DNA of 64,000 bases from Hormiphora californensis (taxonomy: Eukaryota; Animalia; Ctenophora), in contig CM035357.1 in NCBI GenBank assembly GCA_020137815.1, forward strand, positions 310,001 to 374,000, in the 5' to 3' direction. This document shows, one piece after another, positions 10,346-21,900 of the stretch. The notes under the pieces were generated by a model. It searched no databases. It was not told the origin of the DNA and was given only the letters and a program-made list of their open reading frames with translations. The position numbers and the translations under genes are program-made. Numbering within the stretch: the first letter of the stretch is position 1; each line of letters starts with the position of its first letter.

Positions 10346-13212
10346 ATGGGTGAGTTTGGTTTGGGTGTTTGGTTTGAGTTTGTGCAAGCAGCCAGCAGGG
10401 TCCAAGATCTCAACTTTCCAACTTTCCAACTTTCCAGCAACATTGCTATATTTTGCTAAGTATAATACTTGATTTTATACACATCTTCATGATTATGGAG
10501 CTTATAAATCGTTATTACAACTAAAAGTCGATAAATTGGGTTTTGCTCAGAAGATTGAGGCACATATCTCATGATAGTGTGGTTGGGCTGATAAATCGAG
10601 AAGTGCGGTTTTCCATTTTGTTGTTTGAACGGTGTTTGTACACATTCCTATTTGAGTTGACTCTGGATATATTGTCTTGTTGAAAAGACACATGCATTCT
10701 TACAGGGGGCCCAGAGTAATATCTGACTCACGTGATATCAAACGATATCATACTCCTAATAACAGCCCGGAGCTAACAACTTGTTATACTTGTTCAGACT
10801 GTCGCGTAGGCCTCTGAGAGAGACTTTGAATAAAATTAACTACAAATCAACTGTAAATACAACTAACATGAAATGATTCACTGTACAGATCTCAGGATGG
10901 GTAGTACTTGGGATGCTGTCAAGGCGACGGTAACGCCAGGATTCATAAAGGTTATGGGTATCTTCTTTATCCAGCACACTCTCTCCTTCGGGTATGTAGG
11001 GCTAAGAGATAGAGATACATAGCTCCCTAGGAGGATTCTGTACTTTGGGTATGTAGGGATAGAGATTCTGTACACAGTTTCCTAGGAGGATCCTATGAGT
11101 TAGAGAGGTTCTGTACATTGTAAATTGCCTAGGAGGATACAGTGAACATGGTTTTATAGACTAATCCCTTAAATCCGTATCGTACATGTGTAATTCTGAA
11201 CTTGATATATATTTTACAGCATCTTGTAAACCCCCTTGATAAGTTCCACCACATTGTTTCAGAGGTCTACACAATGTGTAGTACACATCCCCTTGATTTA
11301 AGTTCCATTGTTTCAGAGGTTTGTTCAGTGGCTATGTGACCATGATGAACATCTACAACTTACTAGATGACCCTGCAGTATATTTCCAATACTCCGCCTT
11401 TGCTATTGTCCTAATGAACCTCCCTGTGTCATTATTCATTGAGAAGGCGTTCACAGTTAAACCTAAAGTTCTCTTCCCCACCCTGTACGTGATCAAGGCC
11501 CTGTTGACGTTCTCTTACGGGATTGTCATGTACCAGGACCAGCTGTCTGCAGTTACCAGGGTCGCCATGGCCTTTGTACTGCTGTTGATCATGAACATTG
11601 TAACCAGCTTTGATGGAGGGTAAGTGGTTGGGGGGATAAAGCGGGGGAGGGGGTAGACGCAGGCCACAGGGGTCATCCGGTTATTTGAAGTTGATACTTT
11701 CAAATTTGGAAAGAAGCATCTCGTTGGAGATCACACTTTTCTGTGATGTCCTAGAATAATCAAACAAACGCTCGCCCAGTTTCCACTGTTTGTGACTCCC
11801 TAGGAGAGCATACTTCACCCCAGGTTCCACACACCATCTCTCTTGTCGTTCAACCCTTTACAACAATATATCACCCGGGTCGCTCATTTCCAATTATTTG
11901 TGACTCACTATAATATATCACCCGGGGCTACTAGGTACGTAGGGAGGCACATCATGCCAGAGATGAGCAAGAAGTATGGTGTCACTCTGGGAGTAATGAA
12001 CTCTGCAGGAATCTTTCTGCAGCTAACCGTGGACGCCATCAAGATGATAGCCGTGGGTAGGTTGTTGAGCCAAATCATAGTATCATTATGCCTCCCAACA
12101 TCTGAGTAGCACCATTTTAACTCCAATTCTTAGAGCTAAATCAATCCATGGACCCATGTAGCTGGGACATCTTTAGACCTGTGGTGGTAGTTTTTGAACA
12201 ACTTTCCTATCCTCCAGGCCAGATGTATACCCGGTTGTCCATTGAGGACGCCTCCCTCTACCTCTGTTCCATCTTCCTGGTCCTAGGGTTCGGTTTAGCT
12301 GTCTTCTTCTACGTTGCATTTGGTAACATAGATGCGGCACCACCCCGACCCAGACCTAAGGGTATCACTGTTATTATGAACATTCAGGAACAATTCAAAA
12401 CACTTCAGGTATTTGACTTGACTTTTACTGGCATGTCTATAACCTCTCCTTTTTTATGACACGTGCTCTTGTCGGGCTCTATTTTTTATATTTTACGAAT
12501 CGCTATTGCGGCATCCACGCCGGCAATGCTGAGTTAATATCTAGCATTGCGGCATCCGCATGATATATGAGCTAATATCTAACATATTCGCCCCCCCAGA
12601 ATTGTGAGATAAAGGAAGTCATTTACAGTACCCTGTTGAGTGGCATGACTATCAGTACTGGATATGTAACCCTCTACCTATTATGTGAGTAATTTATTAT
12701 GAGAGCCAGTTGCTCAGAATCTAGAACAATAACAGTACATTCTAACCGTTACTTAGAATCAATGGGAACCACTGAATAGTGAATAGGGCCAGCAGCCAGC
12801 AGTGTCAACAACTACAAACTATATTGATCAACTGATTAACACATTTAACTAATTTCAGTTTCTGGTATGACAGAACTAACGGTATCCTACACGAATGCCA
12901 TCTCCAAGGCTCTCTTGATATTCTCTGCTATTGTGAACCTAATGAAGTACCGGTGGAACTGGGAGAAACTGTGTCTCAATATGATGGTGCTGGCATGTCT
13001 AGTCAGCACTGTCACCTCCCTCTACCTTAGCAGTGAGTCTTGCACTAGTGTCTCAATATGATGGTGCTGGCATGTCTAGTCAGCACCGTCACATCCCTCT
13101 ACCTTAGCAGTGAGTCTGGCACTTAGTGTCTACTTTTATTGTATTTCCCTGACCTGTATTTCTATTCATTAATCTGCTGAGATTGCCACTCCGTGTGCCC
13201 CTATAGGGTCGT

Positions 13213-13251
<39 letters not shown>

Positions 13252-13804
13252 ATCTAACCAATGTCTCCCATTCCCAGGTTCGTGGGTGATAACAATAGGT
13301 CTGCCCTGGATGAGGGGGGAGCCAGGGAAGGAGGATACTGACATCATGCCCACCTGGATGATACTGTACTGGGTCTGGTTCTGCACCACAGCATGGATTC
13401 ACCACATTGGAGAACTCATGAAACAAGAATACATGCAGGTAACACTTCTTTTACAGTGCTGCTTGTAGTTCCACATCTGATCCTAACATTCCTTCTCCCT
13501 AATCTTCTCCATGTCTCTATAAATGCCTACTTCTCCCTAATCACAGGTGAAAATAAAGCCGGATGAGAGGGGAGCAGTGACAGGGATATCAATGTTCATG
13601 AGTTCAATGATCCACTTGGTAGTGGCCGCCATCAACTTCTGCATGCCCTCAACAGAATTCATCTACATAACCAACTTTGCAATGAGTATTGGTGTTCACA
13701 TCGCTCTGGTTGTGATTATGTGGAGGTTTAGGACGAAGCAGTTGGTGAAGATGAGCGGGGCAGTGGAGTATAGTAAACTGATCACTGATGAGGAGAAAAT
13801 GTGA
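10346..13804 (+). CDS. MFS-fold transporter with a ferroportin (SLC40)-like C-terminal half
   Basis: Approximate exons 10346-10349 (ATG G; alternative start ATG 10897), 10889-10992, 11317-11619, 11935-12055, 12219-12407, 12600-12684, 12858-13032, 13278-13438, 13547-13804. Many hydrophobic helices. MQVKIKPDERGAVTG resembles the MFS/ferroportin Q-x-x-V-x-x-x-ERG-x-x-x-G loop. Substrate not established. Confidence 0.75.
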
Positions 13805-14460
13805 AGAGGTGTGAGGTGTGAGGTGTGAGGTGTGAGGTGTGAGGTGTTAGTGGGGCAGTACTGGAGTACAGTAAACTGATCACTGATGAGGACAAAATGT
13901 GAAGAGTTGTGAGGTGTGAGGTGTGAGGTGTGAGGTGGGAGGTGTGAGGTGTGAGGTGTGAGGTGTGAGGTGTGGGGTGTGAGGTGTGAGGTGTGAGGTG
14001 TGAGGTGTTAGTGGGGCAGTGGAGTATAGTAAACTGATCACAGATGAGGATAAAATGTGAAGAGGTGTGAGGTGTGAGGTGTGAGGTGTGAGGTGTGAGG
14101 TGTGAGGTGATAGTGGGGCAGTGGAGTATAGTAAACTGATCACAGATGAGGATAAAATGTGAAGAGGTGTGAGGTGTGAGGTGTGAGGTGTGAGGTGTGA
14201 GGTGATAGTGGGGCAGTGGAGTATAGTAAACTGATCACAGATGAGGATAAAATGTGAAGAGATGTGAGGTGTGAGGTGTGAGGTGTGAGGTATGAGGTGT
14301 GAGGTATGAGGTGTGAGGTGTGAGGTGTGAGGGTTGAGGTGTGAGGTGTGAGGTGTGAGGTGTGAGGTGTGAGGTGTGAGGTGTGAGGTGTGAGATGTGA
14401 GGTGTGAGATGTGAGGTGTGAGGTGTGAGGTGTGAGGTGTGAGGTGTGAGGATAAAATGT
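13805..14460 (+). repeat. (GAGGTGT)n array interleaved with four copies of the transporter's last ~16 codons plus stop
   Basis: GGGGCAGTGGAGTATAGTAAACTGATCAC..GATGAGGA.AAAATGTGA recurs near 13850, 14010, 14112 and 14207. Confidence 0.95.
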
Positions 14461-15941
14461 CGTCTTCTTCTCCGTCTTCTCCATCCAATGTGAGGGTGTG
14501 GGGAGAAGATGTGAAGACACATAGAGGTGTGAGGTGTGTGAAGACACAGAGAGGTGTGAGGAGAAGAGGGGGCCTGATGGACTTTCTATATTGTTATCAA
14601 ATCTGAATATGACCAGTTTATTATTTATACTCTTTGGTGAGACCAAGAACCTTGCATTGTGAAGTGCAATATGTTTTGATTGTTTTATAATTTGCTGAAA
14701 ACCAGAGCGTTTCTTTTTGACTGAATTGCAAACAATCATCTTTAAATCTTGGACAGCCCCTCATACGACATCAAAAGAAATCATTCGGCAAGAGGATAGA
14801 GGTAGTTGAGTCGCCTGACACAGTGTCTGTGTTTCACACATGTGAACAATTCAAAGAGGTAGGGATAACCAGGCATTGCCATTATACGCAGTCCATTCGT
14901 CGAGTTAAGTGCCTCGGCTTCGCATAAGCTCACACCGGGCCAAAGAGCCGACAGACTGGGAAAATGTCAAACATACACATCTAATCGCGCCCTCACAGCT
15001 GCAACTGCCAAGGCCGGAGCAGCTTGCCACAAATATGGAATACAGATCAGAGCAAATCAAGATTAGACTCTAATCTCTCTAATTTAGAGGTCAGATGATG
15101 CTGTGAATGGCGCTTGGGATAAACTGGAGCGACAACTTGATAATTTCATGTTCCCATGTGGTACATAAGTGTGCGGTATAATTGCGTGACTGATGCAATA
15201 GTTTTATGGTAGGGCAGGCTAGCAAAGGCACGAAGACCTTATAATAACACCACACCAAATGAGTTCTGAAAACCAAATTGCAGGTGCTTCAGGGGCAGCC
15301 GACAGGACTAAGAAAACTTTGGTAAATCAGCTTAGGGAATATATACTCAATACTGGCCTCTCCAACGAAGTTGAAAAAGAGAAGGTATTGGAAATAAAGT
15401 ACCTTTGTGGGCCTAACTGACTACAAGCTCGAACAGGAAAGTCTTTTAGGGTCCCATAGGCCTTATAACAGGGTCCCTTGGGTCCCTGAGACCAAGGTCT
15501 AGGGTCGAGCTTGGTAAAATCTCTTGTATTTGTAATTTGTCGGAATGTTGAGATTTCCCAATAAACTTCCAGCCGACTATGAATATAACTCTATTGATCA
15601 TTGGCCTGACCCTCTTCTCGGAGCGGGTGGGAACAGCGGCATCGGCCTGAAAGATCTATTGAGTATTGGACCATCTACATTGACCGTGCTTTGACGGACC
15701 GAACTGACTGCTCGGACAGTGAAGCCGCGTCAACTTAATAAGTCAAGATAGTATTGGCTAATCTATACTGAGGTCGGAATAACTATACTGATATAGCGTA
15801 GGAGTGTTTGCACACTGTTGTACACTGTGTGGACCGCACTTTACGTAATGTGATGCTTTTGCCGCTGTGAATCACGCTTACAATTAAATTGTTGCCCATT
15901 ATTAGGTTCCATTAATAATACTGTTTAGGAATCGCAGAGTC

Positions 15942-18900
15942 ATGTTCAACAATATCGGGAACAACTACTTTTTCTCTTCCAACAGGTGAGTCAGGCGATT
16001 AGACTTGTTTCTCGTTGATCTATACATAAAATAAGATATATGCGGCACCAATATGTAGGTAAAACTAACCCCTATACTGCCCCTTTTTTTTAGAATGAAG
16101 TATTTGCAATTTTGGCGATTTTGAGTTATTTATACCATCTTGATCAGGAGAAAAAGATCTACAAGATGGGCTAAGTCTCGTGTCTCAATCTTCAAAAAAT
16201 AGAGTGAAGTGTTTTTTGTGAAGTACTTTTATTTTTGAAAAACTGCAGAAAAGTGAAGCAAATGGCAATTGCTTCGCTAATATAATTCGGAAATAAATAC
16301 TGCTTCGTTAAACTTTTCTACCATAGAAGTAATAACCGCAGAAAAATTTGCTTCAGTTGTTTGCTTCATTTAAAAAATTCTATTGAAATACTTCAATCAG
16401 CTGCAGATTTTGTTTGAAGTATTGTCCACTCAGAAGATACTTCACTTCATTTACTTCAATTTGAAAATGCTTCATAAATCAGTTGCAGATTTTGTTTGAA
16501 GTATTTTCAAATCAGAAGATACTTCACTTCATTTACTTCAATTTGAAAATGCTTCATAAATCTGTGGAATTCAAATGCTTCTTGTCGCATCCAGAAAAAA
16601 TACTTCATAACTTAAGAATACTTCATTTTTTATTATAATATGTGCCATTTATAACACAAGTCCGGCCAAATGAAGTAATTTCCAAGATTTGTTCTTTGCT
16701 GCAGCATCATCATGATGAAGGTCGAACGGAGGCGATCCCTATAATAATTATTCTATTCTGAGTAATTATAATTATCGTTCACATCTCGAATTACTCATCC
16801 TCACCGTCACAACTACGTCACTCCAATCTCATTCTTCGAACTTAGAACCCCACATTCAAAGGTAGCATTATGTTCCAGTACCGTACTGTCGTAACGACAC
16901 AACACAACCAGTTGTTAGGTAACTCAACAAGTGGAGAAGAGATGTCTGGGAGCCGGGGTGATCATGATTCTGGGATTATCTCTATGTAAGAGTGTCACTC
17001 TGAGACAAAGAGAGAGAGACACCACAAACAGTGTTGTCAAACACTGACCTCATAAGGTTTTATAAGTTATTGCCCTAGCGTTTGGTTTCAAATTTACATC
17101 ATTCCGAAAGGCTAGGGGGCCAGCTGCAGCTGGTTTGAAAACTCAACCTGTCTGGAGTTCAAATAGTAGCTAACGGACATCCGTGTGTATCGTATCATGC
17201 TGCAGCGGTACAATGTTTCTGTCACTCTCAGACATTTGTTGTAAAATAGTAAAAAATATAGGGTAAGCCATTTCTCCCACCACACGCAGCTGCTGCTTAG
17301 TTAGCCACCATGTACATTGAATGTATACCCGTTTCGTTTTGTCTCTCCTATTGCAATTACAATAAACCGTTTTTATTATGATAATAATTATTGTTATCAG
17401 GACGTGATTTAAAAGCACGTTACCCTGTTTTTGATGAAACTTCGGAGCCACGAGGGTTAATTGACTATGACTATGACTATGACTATGACTATGACTATGA
17501 CTATGGTCTGTCATGGTCTGTCATGGTCTGTCATGGTCTGTCATGGTCTGTCATGCTATAGAGATATCGATAAAGAAAGAGTAAAAAGTAAGAGAAAGAG
17601 TGAGACAAATTTGATAAAAAGATAGAGAAAAAATAGAGTTAAAAGTGACAGAGTCAAAAATACTTTTACAAATACCGGGGACTCGAACCCGGAACCTCGA
17701 GGCTTATACGACAATGCCCTAACCACTACACCATAACCTAGGGAAGGGGGTGAGTTAGGAGGCAGGATGACCTGGGGAAGGGGGGTGAGTTAGGAGGCAG
17801 GATAACCTAGGGAAGGGAGGTGAGTTAGGAGGCAGGATGACCTAGGGAAGGGGGTGAGTTAGGGGTCAGGATAACCTAGGGAAGGGGGTGAGTTAGGAGG
17901 CAGGATGACCTGGGGAAGGGGGTGAGTTAGGGGTCAGGATAACCTAAGGAAGTGGGGTGAGTTAGGAGGCAGGATGACCTGGGGAAGGGGGGTGAGTTAG
18001 GGGTCAGGATAACCTGGGGAAGGGGGGTGAGTTACGAGGCAGGATGACCTGGGGAAGGGGGTGAGTTAGGAGGCAGGATGACCTGGGGAAGGGGGTGAGT
18101 TAGGAGGCAGGATGACCTGGGGAAGGGGGGTGAGTTAGGGGTCAGGATAACCTGGGGAAGGGGGGTGAGTTACGAGGCAGGATGACCTGGGGAAGGGGGT
18201 GAGTTAGGAGGCAGGATGACCTGGGGAAGGGGGTGAGTTAGGAGGCAGGATGACCTGGGGAAGGGGGGTGAGTTAGGGGTCAGGATAACCTGGGGAAGGG
18301 GGTGAGTTAGGAGGCAGGATGACCTGGGGAAGGGGGTGAGTTAGGGGTCAGGATGACCTAGGGAAGGGGGGTGAGTTAGGGGTCAGGATGACCTAGGGAA
18401 GGGGGGTGAGTTAGGAGGCAGGATGACCTGGGGAAGGGGGGTGAGTTAGGAGGCAGGATGACCTGGGGAAGGGGGTGAGTTAGGAGGCAGGATGACCTGG
18501 GGAAGGGGGGTGAGTGAGGGCCTGTCACCTTATATCCCTTTGTCACCCCTGTCACCTTATCTCCAATTGTAACCCCTGTCACTTTGCCTCCCATTGTAAC
18601 CCCTGTCACTTTGCCTCCCACTGTCTCCCATGTCACTGAACTATCACACTCACGGGAATTTGAAATGTTTGTAAAAAATTAAAGAATACGGATACAAATC
18701 ATCCAAATATTAACAAAATATATTGTCATCTAACTGTTCTGTCCTTACATTCCCACACTCCTAGACAAATACTCCTCTTCGTGAATAACCCGAATGGAGA
18801 CAATCTCACTCCCGTTCCCTCTCATCGATATTATCTCTCTGTCAGACCCTTTCTCTATCTCTCAGCAACCGACCGGACCAAATAAACAACCAATCCGAGC

Positions 18901-21900
18901 TCATTATTCAGGTCACGTGACTGGTTATCAGCCAATCGATTGTTAAAACATGTAATGAACTGGCCTGTGTGTCTGTCTGTGTGTCTGTCTGTGATCTGTT
19001 TGTATGTCTGTGATCTGTTTGTATGTCTGTCATATTTTATGAACACGGACCTGTGTAGAGGTCGGAAGAAAATTCTTGAATCTCCAATCTCCATGTTTCA
19101 CTCTGATATTACAAGCCGAACTCAACCAATTTCAAAGTATGACTCGTACCGGAACAGATTAATCTTCCAGATTTTATCTGCAGGTTCGTCTTAGTTTGAG
19201 GGTTGCCATAGCGTTTTTCTGTTTTCGCTCAATTTATCAGCACCATGATTTTAACATTCCGCCCGAAGGGCGGGCGGCCCATCTCTTTATGCTGCTGCAG
19301 GCTGCTGCAGGCTGCTGCAGTTGTAATTTGTGCGTCTGTTTGTCTGTGCGTCTGTTTGTCTGCAGCTGCTGCTCTGGAGTTACTTTCAAGACTAGCAAGA
19401 ATTCTAACACATTTTATACTTCACTGCGTGTTAAATGAAAATTAACTTCGTTTGTGATTTTATCCAAAATATTGAAGTAAGATTGCGATTTTGAAGCACA
19501 TGTACACTTTTGTTCGATTAAGTTACTTTTAGGCATTTTGAATACAGTTCTGAAGAAGTATTTTTAGGAATGAAGTAATTACTGAAGTATATGCAAGTGA
19601 AGTACTTTTTAGGTGCTTTTGTTGCTATTATGATGAAGTATTTTTTTGAGTGAAGTAATTACTGAAGTATCTACCACGAAAAATTATGCTTCAGTCGATA
19701 TCAGTCTAGCAACGGAAGTATTTTCAAAACTGTAATATAAGTGAAGTAACCAACAGAGTAAGGCATCAATTTTGATGCCTGACATCAATTTGAGACAAAT
19801 TTGATGATAGCTGATAATTGGAAGTCCTGCAGAATTCCTTCAGGATTCTTGTGGTATAAGTCATAAATCGTTTGACGTACTATTTGGGCTTCTATGACAA
19901 TTTTAGTTCCGAAAAACCCTCTAAAAAACTTTAAAGTCGATTTTCTCGAAACTTAAAAAATGCAAATACTTCATTCTAAAAAAAAGGGGCAGTATAGGGC
20001 CCGGCACGAAGTCCTATATATAGTTATACTCGGTCAACTTGTATTTGTCTTTTGTCCATCGACGGGTCGCTTGTCAAGCGAATTAAATTGAGTCAATACT
20101 AATACTATAAGGGTCCCCTTGGAGCTCTTAACTTTCTCTTAGCTATTTTAAGCTTATCAATATCGTGATGGATGATAGGTATTATATACATCGAATGTCT
20201 AATGTCAATCCATGAAACACATTTCAGGAACACATAACTTGCTGTGTCCCTAGTTCCTTAAATATTTAATTTGTTGACTAAGTATGATAAGTGTGATTAG
20301 TGACTCTCTATCCCTCCCAGTAACTTGGTGTGATTAGTGATTAGTGTTATCGTACGCTACCATATTATTGACTAATAGTGTGATTCTCTCTCCTCCAGTG
20401 CTGGTTACAAGAAAGTGGAAGGAGGTCTGGCAACGGGGGCTAGTGCAAAGGCAAAACAGCAGCTACTCAACCGGCAACAGATCAGGTAACTGTACTATCA
20501 TGTAGTGAACACTATGTAGTGAACACTGCAGTAGCACTTTACACACGAACTGTATCATGTGCTGTGTACTATCGTTTGTGTTTGCCGATAATCCTCGAGG
20601 ATCCTAAATCCTTGTTTGATTTGCGTTGTTTCCCCTTGTCCCCAAACTTTGGATCATCATCTTCTTCTTCTTTTTCTTCTACGAGTGTCAGGGCTTGCCA
20701 ACAACACCTTGGATCAGAGCTAGACAAAAAGTGCGACAATACACAGCAATTGTATTTTGTACAACACATATTATGCCTACTGAGTATACATAATCGTTGT
20801 CCCTTTACTCCACAAGTATGTTTGGAGTAGGGCCCCAGGGCCCTACTCTGAACACAGTGGGGGTGTGACGTGTCGAAGTGCGATGTGCATGTGTACTATC
20901 AAAAATGGCCAAATTGCGCCTCCTTATTTGGCATTCAGAGAGTGCACTCAGAGAAGTGGGGGCCGGGGTACCGATCCTTTGTTGTTCTATCAATCCATTT
21001 TATTCAATATTGAATCCTTGCCTTGCTCGACCCTGTCTCACCGCAACACCCCGCAAAAAACAAATTTAATCCTTTGACTCGCTTATCATCTCTCTACTTT
21101 GCCTACTAATTTTACAGTTAGCAACATTTTTCTAACATACTTGTACTTGAAGGGGTCTCCTCAGTCGTTAGAGTGGCCCGCGTCGAAATACTTCACTCTT
21201 CTTGAAAATCGCCGCCACTCTTCACGATCTTGTGCTTTCCCCATTAAGTCATCATTGGTATCATTGACTCCTCGGTCACTTAGTTTGAAAGCTATAGCCC
21301 TCTTGGAAATAAGCACAAGCATGGCGGCTTTGCCTCTGATCAATTCTGCTAACCCCCTGGGACTAAACTGCCGTGGTTTGAAACTTTATTTCTTTGTCAC
21401 AAACCATACTCTCCTCCTGAACTTAACATTATAATGCTTTTGATACTACACTGGGTGTAGCTTTATTTTGCTGAACTGGGGGGGGGGGGGGGGGTCATGA
21501 CCTATCTGGTTTATATGTTGCTGAACCTTGGTTTAAATATTAAAAGTCCCAAATTTCAATGAAACCTTGTTGAGTAACCTTTACATAACAAGTAGTGTAT
21601 GTTGTGTAGTATAAAATTTCAGTCGCAATTCTGTCTGGCGACTATAATAATTATAGTCGTCACATAATATATAATGACGAATAGAATTACTGTAGATTTG
21701 AACGCAGCAAAGTTCAGCGAACCTAGTACGATCCTTTTCTATAGCCTTGCCTATTATATGACTATATAAGCCTTGCAGGCCTATATGACTAAGCCTTGCA
21801 TCTCTTTCCCCGTCACCAAATGATATTTTTCTTAGAATTGATTTAAACTGATGCTAAAACTGATGCTAAAACCGTCTCATACCTGCAAGTCAGCAATTTC

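Larger units (their letters stand above)
16070..19999. mobile_element. About 3.9-kb non-autonomous TIR element with many subterminal GAAGTA/TACTTC motifs
   Basis: CCCTATACTGCCCCTTTTTTTTAGAATGAAGTATTTGCA at 16070 and its reverse complement ending 19999. True ends may be 16075-19994 with a TA TSD. No transposase ORF seen. Confidence 0.8.

Noticed and set aside
13880-14739. Long SHLTPHT-repeat ORFs, and a CRISPR-like repeat/spacer appearance
   Set aside because: 7-bp microsatellite; the 'spacers' are simple repeats and the 'repeats' are copies of the gene's 3' end; eukaryotic context, no cas genes.
14760-15420. Possible decayed RT fragment or extra upstream SLC38 exons
   Set aside because: No motif or phase-consistent junction that I can support.
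17672-17734. Functional tRNA gene
   Set aside because: A and B boxes present but acceptor and anticodon stems do not pair.
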